From assembly GCA_022520065.1 (NCBI GenBank), contig GCA_022520065.1_3942.1: a stretch of 64,000 nucleotides of DNA, one strand, 5' to 3'. Source of the stretch: a phage. Within the stretch, counting starts at the first letter, position 1; each line of letters begins with the position of its first letter. Of this stretch, positions 5,661-16,274 are shown one piece after another. Below the pieces are notes generated by a model. It ran no database searches. It was not told the DNA's origin and was given only the letters and a program-made list of their open reading frames with translations. The position numbers were made by a program, and so were the translations under genes.

Positions 5661-7262
5661 ATGGACTTAAATGCTGTTAAGCAGAAGCGAGTGGAAGATG
5701 TTAGGAAAGTCCTAGCTGGAGAGTTGGGGCTTTCTGATGAAGTAAAAGAAATTATCAAATCATTCGGTAAAGACCCCTCTAAATTCCTTCCAACTCAAAT
5801 TCTGACTTTATTAAGATACACACCAGACCAAGTTCGCCTTATCTTTAAATTGATGACTGATAAGAACTATGTAGCCCCTCAACCGGGTTCTCAAGAGGTC
5901 TTTTTAAATACTAATGCTGACTTGGTTCTCTATGGTGGTGCTGCTGGTGCTGGTAAGACTGCCGCATTGTTAATGGACTCTTTAAGATTTATTGAAGACC
6001 CTAACTATAATGCTGTATATTTCCGTCGAAATACAACACAGTTACAAGGTGGTTTATGGCCTGCTGCAAAGAAACTATTTGGTAAGTTTGGTGGGATTCC
6101 TCACGAGCAGAAAATGACTATCACATTCCCTTCTGGGGCAACTATCAAGTTTACCTACCTAGAACTTGAAAAGCACGCTGAAGGTCATCAGGGTATTGAA
6201 TACTCAGCTATTTACTTTGACGAAGGTACACACTTCTCTGCTTCACAGATTTCATACCTACAAACCCGTCTACGTTCTGGTGCTGAAGGCGATTCATACA
6301 TGAAGATTTCCATGAACCCAGATAGAGACCACTTTATTTACGATTGGGTAGAACCATTCTTAGACGAAGAAGGTTATCCAGACCCTGAAAAGTGTGGTCG
6401 TATTCGTTGGTATGTAATGAATGATGGTGTGATGGTTTCTGATTGGGAGAGAGACAAGATTCTTGAAATGTTCCCTCTTGAGATTCCTCAAACATACACC
6501 TTCATCTCTGGTACGATTGATGATAACCCAATCCTTGACTTCTTAGAGCCTAAGTACCGTGGTAAGTTGGAAAACAACACTCCTGTAAACGTTGCAAGAC
6601 TTCGTTTCGGTAACTGGAAGGCTCGTGCAGAAGGTTCAAACTATTGGCAAAGACAATGGTGTGAAATTGTTGATTCACTCCCAGAAGATGTATTTGATGT
6701 TAGAGCATGGGACTTAGCAGCAACTTTACCATCTGAGATTAACCCTAATCCAGACTGGACAGCAGGTGTTAAGATGGGTAAATCTAAAAAAGACGGTTGC
6801 TATTATATCATTGATGTAGTAAGATTTAGAGATAGACCCTCTGGAGTCGAAACACAAATTAATTTGACTGCTGAAAGTGACGGTAAGCGAACTGGTATTT
6901 TTATCCCTCAAGACCCAGGCGCTGCTGGTAAATCCTACGCAACATCCCTCATCAGGAAACTTGCCGAGAAAGGTTATCGAGCAAGAGCCAAACCAACAAA
7001 TAAAGATAAAGTTACCCGCTTTGCGGGATTTTCTGCTGCTTCTGAAGCTGGACTTGTAAAAGTCTTGAGAGGTAGTTGGAATGAAGCTTACTTTCAAGAA
7101 CTTGAAGGCTTTTGTGGTGACGGTAAAACTAAAGATGACCAAGTGGATGCTACCAGTGATGCTTTCAACAGTCTTAACGAAGTTAAATTATTCAAGCCAC
7201 CATCAATGGGTGCTCACACAGATTTAGTGAGAGGAAACCCATATGAGGGGCTTAGACGTTGA
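5661..7262 (+). CDS. terminase large subunit
   Basis: Walker A-like LYGGAAGAGKT near N-terminus, about 534 aa, precedes portal; start set to ATG 5661 rather than track TTG 5646. Confidence 0.85.
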   Translation: MDLNAVKQKRVEDVRKVLAGELGLSDEVKEIIKSFGKDPSKFLPTQILTLLRYTPDQVRLIFKLMTDKNYVAPQPGSQEVFLNTNADLVLYGGAAGAGKTAALLMDSLRFIEDPNYNAVYFRRNTTQLQGGLWPAAKKLFGKFGGIPHEQKMTITFPSGATIKFTYLELEKHAEGHQGIEYSAIYFDEGTHFSASQISYLQTRLRSGAEGDSYMKISMNPDRDHFIYDWVEPFLDEEGYPDPEKCGRIRWYVMNDGVMVSDWERDKILEMFPLEIPQTYTFISGTIDDNPILDFLEPKYRGKLENNTPVNVARLRFGNWKARAEGSNYWQRQWCEIVDSLPEDVFDVRAWDLAATLPSEINPNPDWTAGVKMGKSKKDGCYYIIDVVRFRDRPSGVETQINLTAESDGKRTGIFIPQDPGAAGKSYATSLIRKLAEKGYRARAKPTNKDKVTRFAGFSAASEAGLVKVLRGSWNEAYFQELEGFCGDGKTKDDQVDATSDAFNSLNEVKLFKPPSMGAHTDLVRGNPYEGLRR

Positions 7263-7278
7263 TAGCTAGGTGAGAAGA

Positions 7279-8745
7279 ATGGCAGATATTACAGAAACAC
7301 AAGAAAGCTTACCACCATTTAGAATGGGTGAAGTAGGTTCTTTGGGTCTGAAGGTTAAGAATGGAAGAATCTATGAAGAACCTCGTCAGGCACTAAGGTT
7401 CCCTGAAAGTATTAAAACTTTCCAATTAATGATGCGTGACCCTGCTGTAGCAGCATCTGTAAATATTATTAAGATGTTTGTCAGAAAAGTCAACTGGAGA
7501 TTCGTACCTCCAAAGGGAAAAGAGCAAGACCCTAAAATGCTTGAAAGAGCAGACTTCTTTAATTCTTTAATGGATGACATGGAGCATGATTGGGCAGATT
7601 TTATTAATTCTGTAATGTCATTCTGCACTTATGGGTTCTGTGTTAACGAGAAAGTTTATAAGAAGCGACAGGGTAAAAAAGGAAAGTACCAGTCAAAATT
7701 TGATGATGGTCTGATTGGATGGGCTAAATTACCAATCAGAAACCAATCAACACTTGATAAGTGGTATTTTGACGAAGACTTTAGAAAAGTTACTGGTGTT
7801 AGACAGAATCTGAGAAATGTTTCACATATTGCTGGGGCAATTAATCTCGGAGAAAGGCCACTAACAAGAAAACTTCCACGAGCTAAATTCATGCTGTTTA
7901 AGTATGATGATGAATATGGAAACCCAGAAGGTCGTTCACCATTACTTAATGCCTATGTACCGTGGAAGTATAAAGTTCAGATTGAAGAGTACGAAGCCGT
8001 TGGTGTTTCAAGAGACTTGGTAGGTATGCCAAAGATTGGTTTACCACCAGATTATCTGGATGAAAATGCAGAACCTGAAAAGAAAGCTTTCGTACAATAC
8101 TGCAAAACTGTTGTTAACGATATGATTGCTAATGATAGAGCAGGTTTAATCTGGCCTAGATATATCGACCCAGATACTAAAGAGGATATTTTCGAGTTCT
8201 CATTAGTATCTAGACAGGGTGCTAAAGCATACGATACAGGTTCTATTATTGACAGATATTCCAAGCAGATTATGATGGCATTTATGTCAGATGTTCTTGC
8301 TATGGGTCAGTCAAAATATGGTTCATTCTCTCTTGCAGATTCTAAGACAAGCTTACTAGCAATGTCGGTGGATATTCTGCTGAAGCAAATTAAGAACGTA
8401 ATTAACCGTGATTTAGTTGCACAGACTTATGCTCTTAATATGTGGGATGATGAAGAACATGTACAAATCACATATGATGATATCGAAACTCCAGACCTTG
8501 AAGCAATCGGTTCTTATATCCAGAAGACTGTTGCAGTAGGTGCTTTGGAAGTTGACAAAGAGCTATCTAACAAGCTTAGAGAGCATATTGGTCTTCCTCC
8601 TGCTGATGAGTCTCAGCCAGTATCTGAAAAGCTTTCTCCAAATAGTCAAAGCCGTTCAGGAGATGGTTATAAGACCGCTGGAGAAGGTACTGCAAAGACA
8701 CCTTCAGCGAAAGACCCAAGCACAGCAAATAAGGCAAATAAATAA
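7279..8745 (+). CDS. portal protein (probable)
   Basis: 489-aa protein directly downstream of terminase; start set to ATG 7279 (track GTG 7270); acidic/Gly-rich C-terminus. Confidence 0.7.
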   Translation: MADITETQESLPPFRMGEVGSLGLKVKNGRIYEEPRQALRFPESIKTFQLMMRDPAVAASVNIIKMFVRKVNWRFVPPKGKEQDPKMLERADFFNSLMDDMEHDWADFINSVMSFCTYGFCVNEKVYKKRQGKKGKYQSKFDDGLIGWAKLPIRNQSTLDKWYFDEDFRKVTGVRQNLRNVSHIAGAINLGERPLTRKLPRAKFMLFKYDDEYGNPEGRSPLLNAYVPWKYKVQIEEYEAVGVSRDLVGMPKIGLPPDYLDENAEPEKKAFVQYCKTVVNDMIANDRAGLIWPRYIDPDTKEDIFEFSLVSRQGAKAYDTGSIIDRYSKQIMMAFMSDVLAMGQSKYGSFSLADSKTSLLAMSVDILLKQIKNVINRDLVAQTYALNMWDDEEHVQITYDDIETPDLEAIGSYIQKTVAVGALEVDKELSNKLREHIGLPPADESQPVSEKLSPNSQSRSGDGYKTAGEGTAKTPSAKDPSTANKANK

Positions 8746-9245
8746 TGGCTGAAGTTATCTCTATTTCAAATGCTACACGAGTGCATTCGTATAGAGGTGT
8801 TCTTATTATCACTGACAAATTATCTGTAGAGGCTGGCTCAAGGGTCAGCCTTTCAGGTTATGTAAGTGATGGTGGAACCTCTGACGTTTTCACTATTTGC
8901 AGGTTACTTGATGCACCAATGAGTGGAAAACCGTTTATTTTAGGAAATTGTAGTGAAATTGTTAAAATTCCATTTGACAGTTCATGCCTTTTGGGTGTAA
9001 AGTTATATAACTGCGAGAATAAACGTATCAATGTTAATAGCATTGAAGCCGCTTTCATTACCCTCGACACTGCATTTCAATCTCCAATGACAGTTAATAA
9101 AGAAACAAACAGACTTGAATACATTTTTTCACAAAATGATTACAAAGTACTTGTCAAAGGCAAAGTATATGATATGATTGTAAATGTGGTAGATGAATCT
9201 GGTAACCATTCAACAGTCCTTAAACAAAAAGTAAGGTTTAATTAA
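8745..9245 (+). CDS. hypothetical head-associated protein
   Basis: ORF between portal and protease. Confidence 0.45.
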   Translation: MAEVISISNATRVHSYRGVLIITDKLSVEAGSRVSLSGYVSDGGTSDVFTICRLLDAPMSGKPFILGNCSEIVKIPFDSSCLLGVKLYNCENKRINVNSIEAAFITLDTAFQSPMTVNKETNRLEYIFSQNDYKVLVKGKVYDMIVNVVDESGNHSTVLKQKVRFN

Positions 9246-9577
9246 TGGGAACATTAACTATTGATGGTAAGAATAAAATCCTCGCCACGCTAACCCCAAC
9301 GACTATTATTTTACACAATGTAGACCCAACGGCAGACCCTACAGCAAATAAGGTTACTCAGCCAGTGGCTATTTATTTTTCTGAACCGGATAATGGCTTA
9401 ATTGCCTCAGAAGACACAGTTAATATCACTGTTCCAGCTTCTGCAACGGTCTCACACTATAGCTTGTGGGATGCTAACGATAAATGCGTGGCAACTGGTG
9501 CTCTTAGCAAACCTCAATTCTTTGCTGAAGAAGGTATCTATGTTATCTCTTCAGTCTCTGTAGATTTAAACAAATAG
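9245..9577 (+). CDS. hypothetical protein
   Basis: ORF, ATGA overlap with the previous gene. Confidence 0.45.
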   Translation: MGTLTIDGKNKILATLTPTTIILHNVDPTADPTANKVTQPVAIYFSEPDNGLIASEDTVNITVPASATVSHYSLWDANDKCVATGALSKPQFFAEEGIYVISSVSVDLNK

Positions 9578-9588
9578 GGTGAGTAAAA

Positions 9589-10935
9589 ATGAGTTCGAAT
9601 ATCTTCAGACTTGCTGATAGATTATTCAACCAACCTTTACTAGCCACTGAATCATTAGCTCACTCAGCAGCAACTTATGTGAATAACAGATTGCTGGGTG
9701 ATGTCCAAGCAGCAGTAAACTTTGATAAACCCAAAGGTGAAGCAAGAAGTCTTTTAAAAGTGAAAGATGACATTGCTATTATCCCTATTATGGGTGGTTT
9801 AACCCATCGTATGACATTCATTGATGCAATGTGTACAGGTGGATTAAGTTCTTATGAAGGTTTGCGTAGAGGCTTTGACGAAGCTTTAGCAGATGAGTCA
9901 ATCAAGACTATTGTTCTGCACATCGATTCTGGTGGTGGTGAAGCTTCAGGTTGCTTTGAATTAGCACGTCACATTATGGCTTCAAGAGGCCAAAAGAAAA
10001 TTATTGCTTATGTAGATGAGTTCGCTTGTTCCGCTGCATACGCTCTTGCATCTTCTGCTGAAGAAATTATTGCATCACCAGATGCAGATGTTGGTTCTAT
10101 TGGTGTAATCATGGTTCATCAGGAATTAACTAAGGCATTTGAAAAGAATGGCGTAACAATTAACGTCATCAAAGCTGGTGAGTTTAAAGGTATGGGTTCA
10201 CCATTCCAAGCACTCTCAGAAGAAAGCAAAGAAAGACTTCAAAAGAGAATTAATGATACCTACGCAACCTTTACAGGTTTTGTAGCCGAATCTCGTAATC
10301 TCTCTGAAGAAGCTGTAAAGAATACTGAGGCGAATGTTTATTCTGCTCAGGAAGCTCTTGAACTTGGTTTAATTAACTCAATCATGTCTCAAGATGATTT
10401 CTTAAATTACTTACAAGGTTCTGAAGAGGCTCCTGTAAGTTTAAACGTTAACAATTCAGGTGAAGAAATGACTGAACAAGAAAAGCAAGAACTAGAAGCT
10501 TTGCGTCTTCAGGTTGCTCAAATGAAAGCTAAAGAACAGGAAGCTGCTTTGTCAGATTTGACTAATAAGATTTCTGCTTCTGCTGAAGCTTTTGGATTTG
10601 ATGCAAAAGAAGCTGCAACGACTATTTTAGGTGCTGGTCTTGATAACCCTCTGAGTGTTCTGTTTATGAATGCTATGGAAGGTGCTAACCAGAAACTTAA
10701 TGAAACTATCGCGTCCCATGCTTCTGCAATGGAAGAAAAAGAATCAGAAATTACCAAGCTGAAAGAAACTGCTGGTGCTGTTCTTGAACATTCCAACGCT
10801 ATGGAAGAAATGGGTAATGACGGCGAAGCTGATTTGGTTGAAGAAGAAAGAGAACCAGCTAAGAATGCTTCCGAAGACACCGCTGAACAACGCAAACTGG
10901 CTCTCCAGAATGCTCTAAAATCTCTTATCAAATAA
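9589..10935 (+). CDS. prohead protease (ClpP/S49-like) fused to scaffold-like coiled-coil domain
   Basis: S49/ClpP-like core (IVLHIDSGGGE ... EFACSAAYALASSAEEIIASPDADVGSIGVIM) followed by Glu/Ala/Lys-rich coiled-coil C-terminus. Confidence 0.75.
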   Translation: MSSNIFRLADRLFNQPLLATESLAHSAATYVNNRLLGDVQAAVNFDKPKGEARSLLKVKDDIAIIPIMGGLTHRMTFIDAMCTGGLSSYEGLRRGFDEALADESIKTIVLHIDSGGGEASGCFELARHIMASRGQKKIIAYVDEFACSAAYALASSAEEIIASPDADVGSIGVIMVHQELTKAFEKNGVTINVIKAGEFKGMGSPFQALSEESKERLQKRINDTYATFTGFVAESRNLSEEAVKNTEANVYSAQEALELGLINSIMSQDDFLNYLQGSEEAPVSLNVNNSGEEMTEQEKQELEALRLQVAQMKAKEQEAALSDLTNKISASAEAFGFDAKEAATTILGAGLDNPLSVLFMNAMEGANQKLNETIASHASAMEEKESEITKLKETAGAVLEHSNAMEEMGNDGEADLVEEEREPAKNASEDTAEQRKLALQNALKSLIK

Positions 10936-10946
10936 GGAACACAATA

Positions 10947-11324
10947 ATGGCATATCAAGGTTTTACTAAGTTAGGTAAAAGAGAACCTCTGAATGATATC
11001 ATTCTTTGGGAACAGGTTACCCCAACAGGCCACTCTCGTAAAGAGTACACTCCACAGGCATCTACAGAATATCGTGTAGGTGAAGTTCTGAAGGAAGACG
11101 GTACTAAAGTCGCAGCAGGGGAAGAAGCTCAGGCTGATTCTGTATGTATCGTTAACTTTTATTCAGACCTGCAACTGTCTTACCACGGTCAGTTGAAAGT
11201 TGTTGGTATTTACCGTGACGCAGAACTGAAAGACATGCTTACTCTTGAGTCTGGTGTTAATGCTGAGAACGTCAAGAAAGCTCTGGCTGCTAAAGGTATT
11301 GATTTCGTACCAACTGGCCTGTAA
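10947..11324 (+). CDS. hypothetical head protein (possible decoration protein)
   Basis: 125 aa, host-like high-expression codon usage, adjacent to capsid gene. Confidence 0.45.
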   Translation: MAYQGFTKLGKREPLNDIILWEQVTPTGHSRKEYTPQASTEYRVGEVLKEDGTKVAAGEEAQADSVCIVNFYSDLQLSYHGQLKVVGIYRDAELKDMLTLESGVNAENVKKALAAKGIDFVPTGL

Positions 11325-11357
11325 TAACAATAATAAGACATTCTGGAGAATTTTACA

Positions 11358-12461
11358 ATGTTGACTAATTCTGAAAAAAGCAGATTTTTCCTTGCTGACC
11401 TGACTGGTGAAGTCCAGTCTATCCCAAATACTTATGGGTATATTTCCAACTTAGGTCTGTTCCGTTCAGCACCAATCACCCAAACTACTTTCCTTATGGA
11501 CTTGACTGATTGGGATGTTAGCTTGCTTGATGCGGTAGACCGTGATAGCCGTAAAGCAGAGACTAGCGCACCTGAGCGTGTTCGTCAAATCAGCTTCCCA
11601 ATGATGTACTTCAAAGAAGTTGAAAGCATCACTCCTGATGAAATTCAGGGTGTACGTCAGCCAGGCACTGCAAACGAACTGACTACTGAAGCTGTAGTAC
11701 GTGCTAAGAAGCTGATGAAGATTCGTACCAAGTTCGATATTACTCGTGAGTTCCTGTTTATGCAAGCTCTGAAGGGTAAAGTTGTTGATGCTCGTGGCAC
11801 TCTGTATGCTGACCTGTACAAGCAGTTCGACGTTGAGAAGAAAACTGTTTACTTCGACCTTGACAACCCTAATGCTGACATCGACGCTTCTATTGAAGAA
11901 CTGCGTATGCACATGGAAGACGAAGCTAAGACTGGCACTGTAATCAACGGTGAAGAAATTCACGTAGTTGTTGACCGTGTATTCTTCAGCAAACTGGTTA
12001 AGCATCCTAAGATTCGTGACGCTTATCTTGCACAGCAGACTCCGCTGGCTTGGCAACAGATTACTGGTTCTCTGAGAACTGGTGGTACTGACGGCGTTCA
12101 GGCTCACATGAACACCTTCTACTACGGTGGTGTTAAGTTTGTCCAGTACAACGGTAAGTTCAAAGACAAGCGTGGTAAGGTTCATACTCTGGTGAGCATT
12201 GATGGTGCTGGTGCAGAGGTTGGTGTAGGACACGCTTTCCCTAACGTTTCTATGCTTGGTGAAGCAAACAACATCTTCGAAGTGGCTTATGGTCCATGTC
12301 CTAAGATGGGTTACGCAAATACACTTGGTCAGGAACTGTACGTATTCGAATATGAAAAAGACCGTGACGAAGGTATTGACTTCGAAGCTCACTCTTACAT
12401 GCTGCCATACTGTACTCGTCCTCAGTTGCTGGTAGATGTTCGTGCTGACGCTAAAGACTAA
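11358..12461 (+). CDS. major capsid protein (probable)
   Basis: 367 aa, directly after protease/scaffold; strongly biased codon usage (CTG, CGT, GGT, AAC) typical of very highly expressed genes. Confidence 0.7.
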   Translation: MLTNSEKSRFFLADLTGEVQSIPNTYGYISNLGLFRSAPITQTTFLMDLTDWDVSLLDAVDRDSRKAETSAPERVRQISFPMMYFKEVESITPDEIQGVRQPGTANELTTEAVVRAKKLMKIRTKFDITREFLFMQALKGKVVDARGTLYADLYKQFDVEKKTVYFDLDNPNADIDASIEELRMHMEDEAKTGTVINGEEIHVVVDRVFFSKLVKHPKIRDAYLAQQTPLAWQQITGSLRTGGTDGVQAHMNTFYYGGVKFVQYNGKFKDKRGKVHTLVSIDGAGAEVGVGHAFPNVSMLGEANNIFEVAYGPCPKMGYANTLGQELYVFEYEKDRDEGIDFEAHSYMLPYCTRPQLLVDVRADAKD

Positions 12462-12482
12462 TATTCTTAAGGAGGGTTATGA

Positions 12483-12932
12483 ATGTGTTATACAGGCGAC
12501 CCAGCCAATAACCCTCTTGATAGAGTAAGAATCCTCTGCACAGACACCAATAATGATGAAATTCTTATTGAACAGTCTGTGCTAGAGTGGTTCTATCTAG
12601 AATCTGGAAAGGATGAAAAGAAAGCAGCCATCAAAGCTCTTAAATATTTACTCTTTCAAGTAGCCAAGATGGGAGATGAGAAGGTTGGTGGTGTTTATTT
12701 ACGTAACTCTTCCAGATTCAAATCTCTGAAAGCTGTTTATGACGACCTTGTTAAAAGCTCTGTTTCAGGACTACCCTATGCAGGTGGTATTAATCAGTGT
12801 GACATTGATATGCGTCGTCAGAATCCTTGCTCTGTCAAGAAATACACAGAATATGGTGATGCTGCCAGATACGAAGGCAGAGATTACTGCAACCGTGTTA
12901 ATGGCGTATTTATTATCGAGCGAGATGAATAA
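12483..12932 (+). CDS. hypothetical head-tail joining protein
   Basis: ORF with AAGGAGG RBS; position between capsid and tail genes. Confidence 0.45.
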   Translation: MCYTGDPANNPLDRVRILCTDTNNDEILIEQSVLEWFYLESGKDEKKAAIKALKYLLFQVAKMGDEKVGGVYLRNSSRFKSLKAVYDDLVKSSVSGLPYAGGINQCDIDMRRQNPCSVKKYTEYGDAARYEGRDYCNRVNGVFIIERDE

Positions 12933-13414
12933 TGGTTAAAAGGGTTATTCACCCCGCTAGAGCAAAATTAGTCGGGGCTATGAAGAACTTGCAAACGGCT
13001 AATGCTCAAGTTGGGTATTTTCAAGAACAAGGTCAACATAGCTCTGGTTTTTCTTATCCTGCTTTAATGTATTTACAAGAAGTTATTGGGGTTCCTTCAG
13101 CTTCTGGTAAAGTATATCGTAGGTTGTTTGAAATCACTATGATGCTAAACAGACAGACCTTGTTAGAGCAGACTAAGAAGAATCTATATAAGCAACTTAG
13201 CAGTCTCAACGTAGACCCCTCAGATACCTTAGAAGCATTTGCAAAGAATGCTCAAAAGGCAATTAAAAGAGGTTTTGGTAATTCTGCTATCCTCCCTCCT
13301 AACGCACCTTCCACAGTCAAGAAAAAAGGCTTTAATGCACCTCTTGTTGAGACAGGTGACTTAAGGGATAACCTTGCTTATAAAATTTCTACTAAGAAGG
13401 GTATTAAAAAATGA
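12932..13414 (+). CDS. hypothetical head-tail joining protein
   Basis: ORF, overlapping start/stop with neighbours. Confidence 0.45.
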   Translation: MVKRVIHPARAKLVGAMKNLQTANAQVGYFQEQGQHSSGFSYPALMYLQEVIGVPSASGKVYRRLFEITMMLNRQTLLEQTKKNLYKQLSSLNVDPSDTLEAFAKNAQKAIKRGFGNSAILPPNAPSTVKKKGFNAPLVETGDLRDNLAYKISTKKGIKK

Positions 13415-13812
13415 GGCTCTTAAACAGACACAGCTTTGTAGTAAAGCGTAAAGTCTCTGAAGACGGTTATTATAATGACGATGGTGATTGGGTAGCTTCA
13501 CAAGATATTGTAGAGGTTAACTGTAAAGGTAATATCCAGCCATATATCAAAGGTTCTGTAAAGAACGGTACACAGATTGCTTTACCGGAAGGTATTAGAC
13601 TAACCGATACAAGAATCCTGTATACTACATATAAACTTAGAACTTCAGATGATGTAGAGTGGAATGAGTCTGATATTGTTATGATTGATGGTCATGAGTA
13701 TGAAGTATTTATGACTATGGATTGGTCACAGCAATTAGCCCATACATCCCATTATGAATATATCATTATTAGAAGGGATAAAATGAATGCAGTTAGAAAC
13801 AGCAGAACTTGA
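13411..13812 (+). CDS. hypothetical protein
   Basis: ORF in structural operon. Confidence 0.45.
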   Translation: MRLLNRHSFVVKRKVSEDGYYNDDGDWVASQDIVEVNCKGNIQPYIKGSVKNGTQIALPEGIRLTDTRILYTTYKLRTSDDVEWNESDIVMIDGHEYEVFMTMDWSQQLAHTSHYEYIIIRRDKMNAVRNSRT

Positions 13813-14386
13813 AAAAGGTCTAGTTAGAACCTTAGTGGATGTTATTGGTCACAGATTAGCTCGTGATAAAAATAATAGACCAAACGTAATTAGAGCTTAC
13901 CCTTCTGATAACTCAAATGACAAAGGTTTAAAACCTGACCAGCCATTTATTACCGTATATTGTCAAGATGCTGCAACACCTTATGGTTGGGTTCTTGATA
14001 AGTTTGTTGAAGATGATGTAGTTTGTTACAGAATCGCTTTTCAGATTCCTGTATTGATTACGGTAAATGGTAAAGGTGCTCACAGTATTATGCTTGAGCT
14101 TAAACAAAGATTAGAGATGAGTTCAGTCAGAGATTTAATCCTTGAAGAAACAGGAGCTACAGTATTAGACACTGGAGCAATCCCTAACGATTACACTTAT
14201 CTCAATACAGATTTCGAAAATTCTGCGCCTCTTGTTGTAACTCTTGTAAAAAACTCAGTCCTGAAAGATGAACGTGGAAGTATTATTGAGCGTGTCATTG
14301 TTGATGGTGAGTTGGTTTATGAAGAAGGGCAAGAGCCACCAGAATATACTATCCATCTAGATGTAGACTCCAAAGGGGTAAAATAA
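13787..14386 (+). CDS. hypothetical tail completion-like protein
   Basis: ORF in structural operon upstream of sheath. Confidence 0.45.
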   Translation: MQLETAELEKGLVRTLVDVIGHRLARDKNNRPNVIRAYPSDNSNDKGLKPDQPFITVYCQDAATPYGWVLDKFVEDDVVCYRIAFQIPVLITVNGKGAHSIMLELKQRLEMSSVRDLILEETGATVLDTGAIPNDYTYLNTDFENSAPLVVTLVKNSVLKDERGSIIERVIVDGELVYEEGQEPPEYTIHLDVDSKGVK

Positions 14387-15739
14387 ATGTGGAATCCAAT
14401 TGTTAATGTAGATATTACATTGAACACCGCAGGAACTACAAGAGAAGGTTTTGGTTTGCCACTATTCTTAGCTTCAACAGATAACTTTGAAGAAAGAGTG
14501 CGTGGTTATACTTCCTTAACTGAAGTTGCTGAAGATTTCGATGAGAATACTGCTGCATATAAGGCTGCTAAACAACTTTGGAGTCAGACTCCTAAAGTAA
14601 CTCAGCTTTATATTGGTAGACGCGCTATGCAGTACACTGTATCAATTCCTGATGAGGTTACTGAGAGCACGGACTACTCAATTACTGTAGCTGTCGGTGG
14701 GGGAATGTCACAACCATTCCAGTACACCTCACAAGGTAAAGATACTGCCGAGAATGTATTACAACAGTTTAAAACACAGATTGAAGCTGACCAATCAATT
14801 AAAGATAAAGTTTCAGTCAATGTTACTGGTAGCAACGGTTCTGCCACAATGGTCATCTCCAAAGCTGGTGACAATGATTTCGTGAAGGTAACCACTACAG
14901 CACAAACTGTGTCTATTGCAAGCACAACTGCTGATACAGCGTCAACTGCTCTGGCAGCTATTGAAGCTTATTCTACCGACTGGTATTTCATTGCAGCAGA
15001 AGACAGAACTCAACAGTTTGTCTTAGCAATGGCTTCTGAGATTCAGGCTCGTAAGAAAATCTTCTTCACAGCTAACTCTGATGTAGCAGCACTACAAGGT
15101 ACAGAATTAAACAGTGCAAATGATGTTCCAGCACAGCTTGCTAAGAGTATGTATACTCGCACAGTTTGCTTGTGGCATCACACAGCGGCAGAAGATTATC
15201 CAGAGATGGCATATATTGCTTATGGTGCTCCATACGATGCAGGGTCAATTGCTTGGGGTAATGCTCAGTTGACTGGTGTAGCTGCTTCTTTACAGCCAGC
15301 TAATAAGAGACCTCTGACAAGCATTCAGAAGTCAGCTTTAGATGTACGTCACTGTAACTTTATCGACCTTGATGGTGGTGTTCCAGTGGTTCGTAGAGGG
15401 ATTACTTCTGGTGGGGAATGGATTGATATCGTCCGTGGTGTTGACTGGTTAGAATCAGACCTGAAAACTTCTCTGAGAGACTTGCTAATTAACCAGAAGG
15501 GTGGTAAGATTACTTATGATGATACTGGTATTACCCGTATTCGTCAAGTCATTGAAACCTCTCTACAAAGAGCAGTCAACAGAAACTTCCTGTCATCTTA
15601 CACAGTTAATGTTCCTAAAGCCTCTCAAGTTGCTTTGGCAGACAAGAAAGCTCGTATCCTGAAAGATGTTACCTTCGCAGGTATCTTAGCAGGGGCTATC
15701 TTGGATGTTGACTTGAAAGGTACAGTGGCTTACGAATAA
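14387..15739 (+). CDS. tail sheath protein (probable)
   Basis: 450 aa, immediately precedes a 148-aa tube-like gene, chaperone pair and tape measure: canonical contractile-tail order. Confidence 0.6.
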   Translation: MWNPIVNVDITLNTAGTTREGFGLPLFLASTDNFEERVRGYTSLTEVAEDFDENTAAYKAAKQLWSQTPKVTQLYIGRRAMQYTVSIPDEVTESTDYSITVAVGGGMSQPFQYTSQGKDTAENVLQQFKTQIEADQSIKDKVSVNVTGSNGSATMVISKAGDNDFVKVTTTAQTVSIASTTADTASTALAAIEAYSTDWYFIAAEDRTQQFVLAMASEIQARKKIFFTANSDVAALQGTELNSANDVPAQLAKSMYTRTVCLWHHTAAEDYPEMAYIAYGAPYDAGSIAWGNAQLTGVAASLQPANKRPLTSIQKSALDVRHCNFIDLDGGVPVVRRGITSGGEWIDIVRGVDWLESDLKTSLRDLLINQKGGKITYDDTGITRIRQVIETSLQRAVNRNFLSSYTVNVPKASQVALADKKARILKDVTFAGILAGAILDVDLKGTVAYE

Positions 15740-15754
15740 TAGAGGTAAATTGGA

Positions 15755-16201
15755 ATGGCTATGTATCAGCAATATTCCCCTAAAGACGTTGTATGTAGCT
15801 GGAATGGTATTGCCATTGAAGGCTTTGCCCCAGACTCATTTTTACGTCTACAGAGAACATCACCACTTATCACACCAGTTGTAGGTGCAGGTGGTCAGGT
15901 TGCTCTGACAAGAAATGCAGACAAGACAGGTACTATTGAGATTGAGCTAATGCAGACTTCTCTCTCTAACCAGATGCTTTCTGCAATTCAAGCTAAACAA
16001 GACAACATGGAACTTGAAGAAGATATCTCTTCTAACTTCGTAATCTACGACCCATCAGGCTCTGTTCTGGCAACTGGTATTAATGCTTGGTTGCAGGAAT
16101 TACCACAGATTGAACTTGGGCGTGACCAGAACTCTAAAACTTGGATTTTTGGTTGTGAGAAGCTAGACTACACTTCTACAATTCCAGCGTCAAGTGTTTA
16201 A
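15755..16201 (+). CDS. tail tube protein (probable)
   Basis: 148 aa after sheath, followed by strong terminator. Confidence 0.6.
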   Translation: MAMYQQYSPKDVVCSWNGIAIEGFAPDSFLRLQRTSPLITPVVGAGGQVALTRNADKTGTIEIELMQTSLSNQMLSAIQAKQDNMELEEDISSNFVIYDPSGSVLATGINAWLQELPQIELGRDQNSKTWIFGCEKLDYTSTIPASSV

Positions 16202-16213
16202 TAAATCCTATAA

Positions 16214-16246
16214 GGGGGAGACTTTAAAAGGTCTTCCCCTTTTTTG
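16214..16246 (+). terminator. Rho-independent terminator after tail tube gene
   Basis: 9-bp stem gggggagac/gtcttcccc with 8-nt loop, followed by ttttttt. Confidence 0.65.
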
Positions 16247-16274
16247 TTTCTTTTAAAAGTATTAAGGAATCACA

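Noticed and set aside
11466-12392. 308-aa minus-strand ORF antisense to the capsid gene
   Set aside because: Artefact of strong codon bias in the sense gene (few stop-complement triplets); no RBS and the sense gene is well supported.
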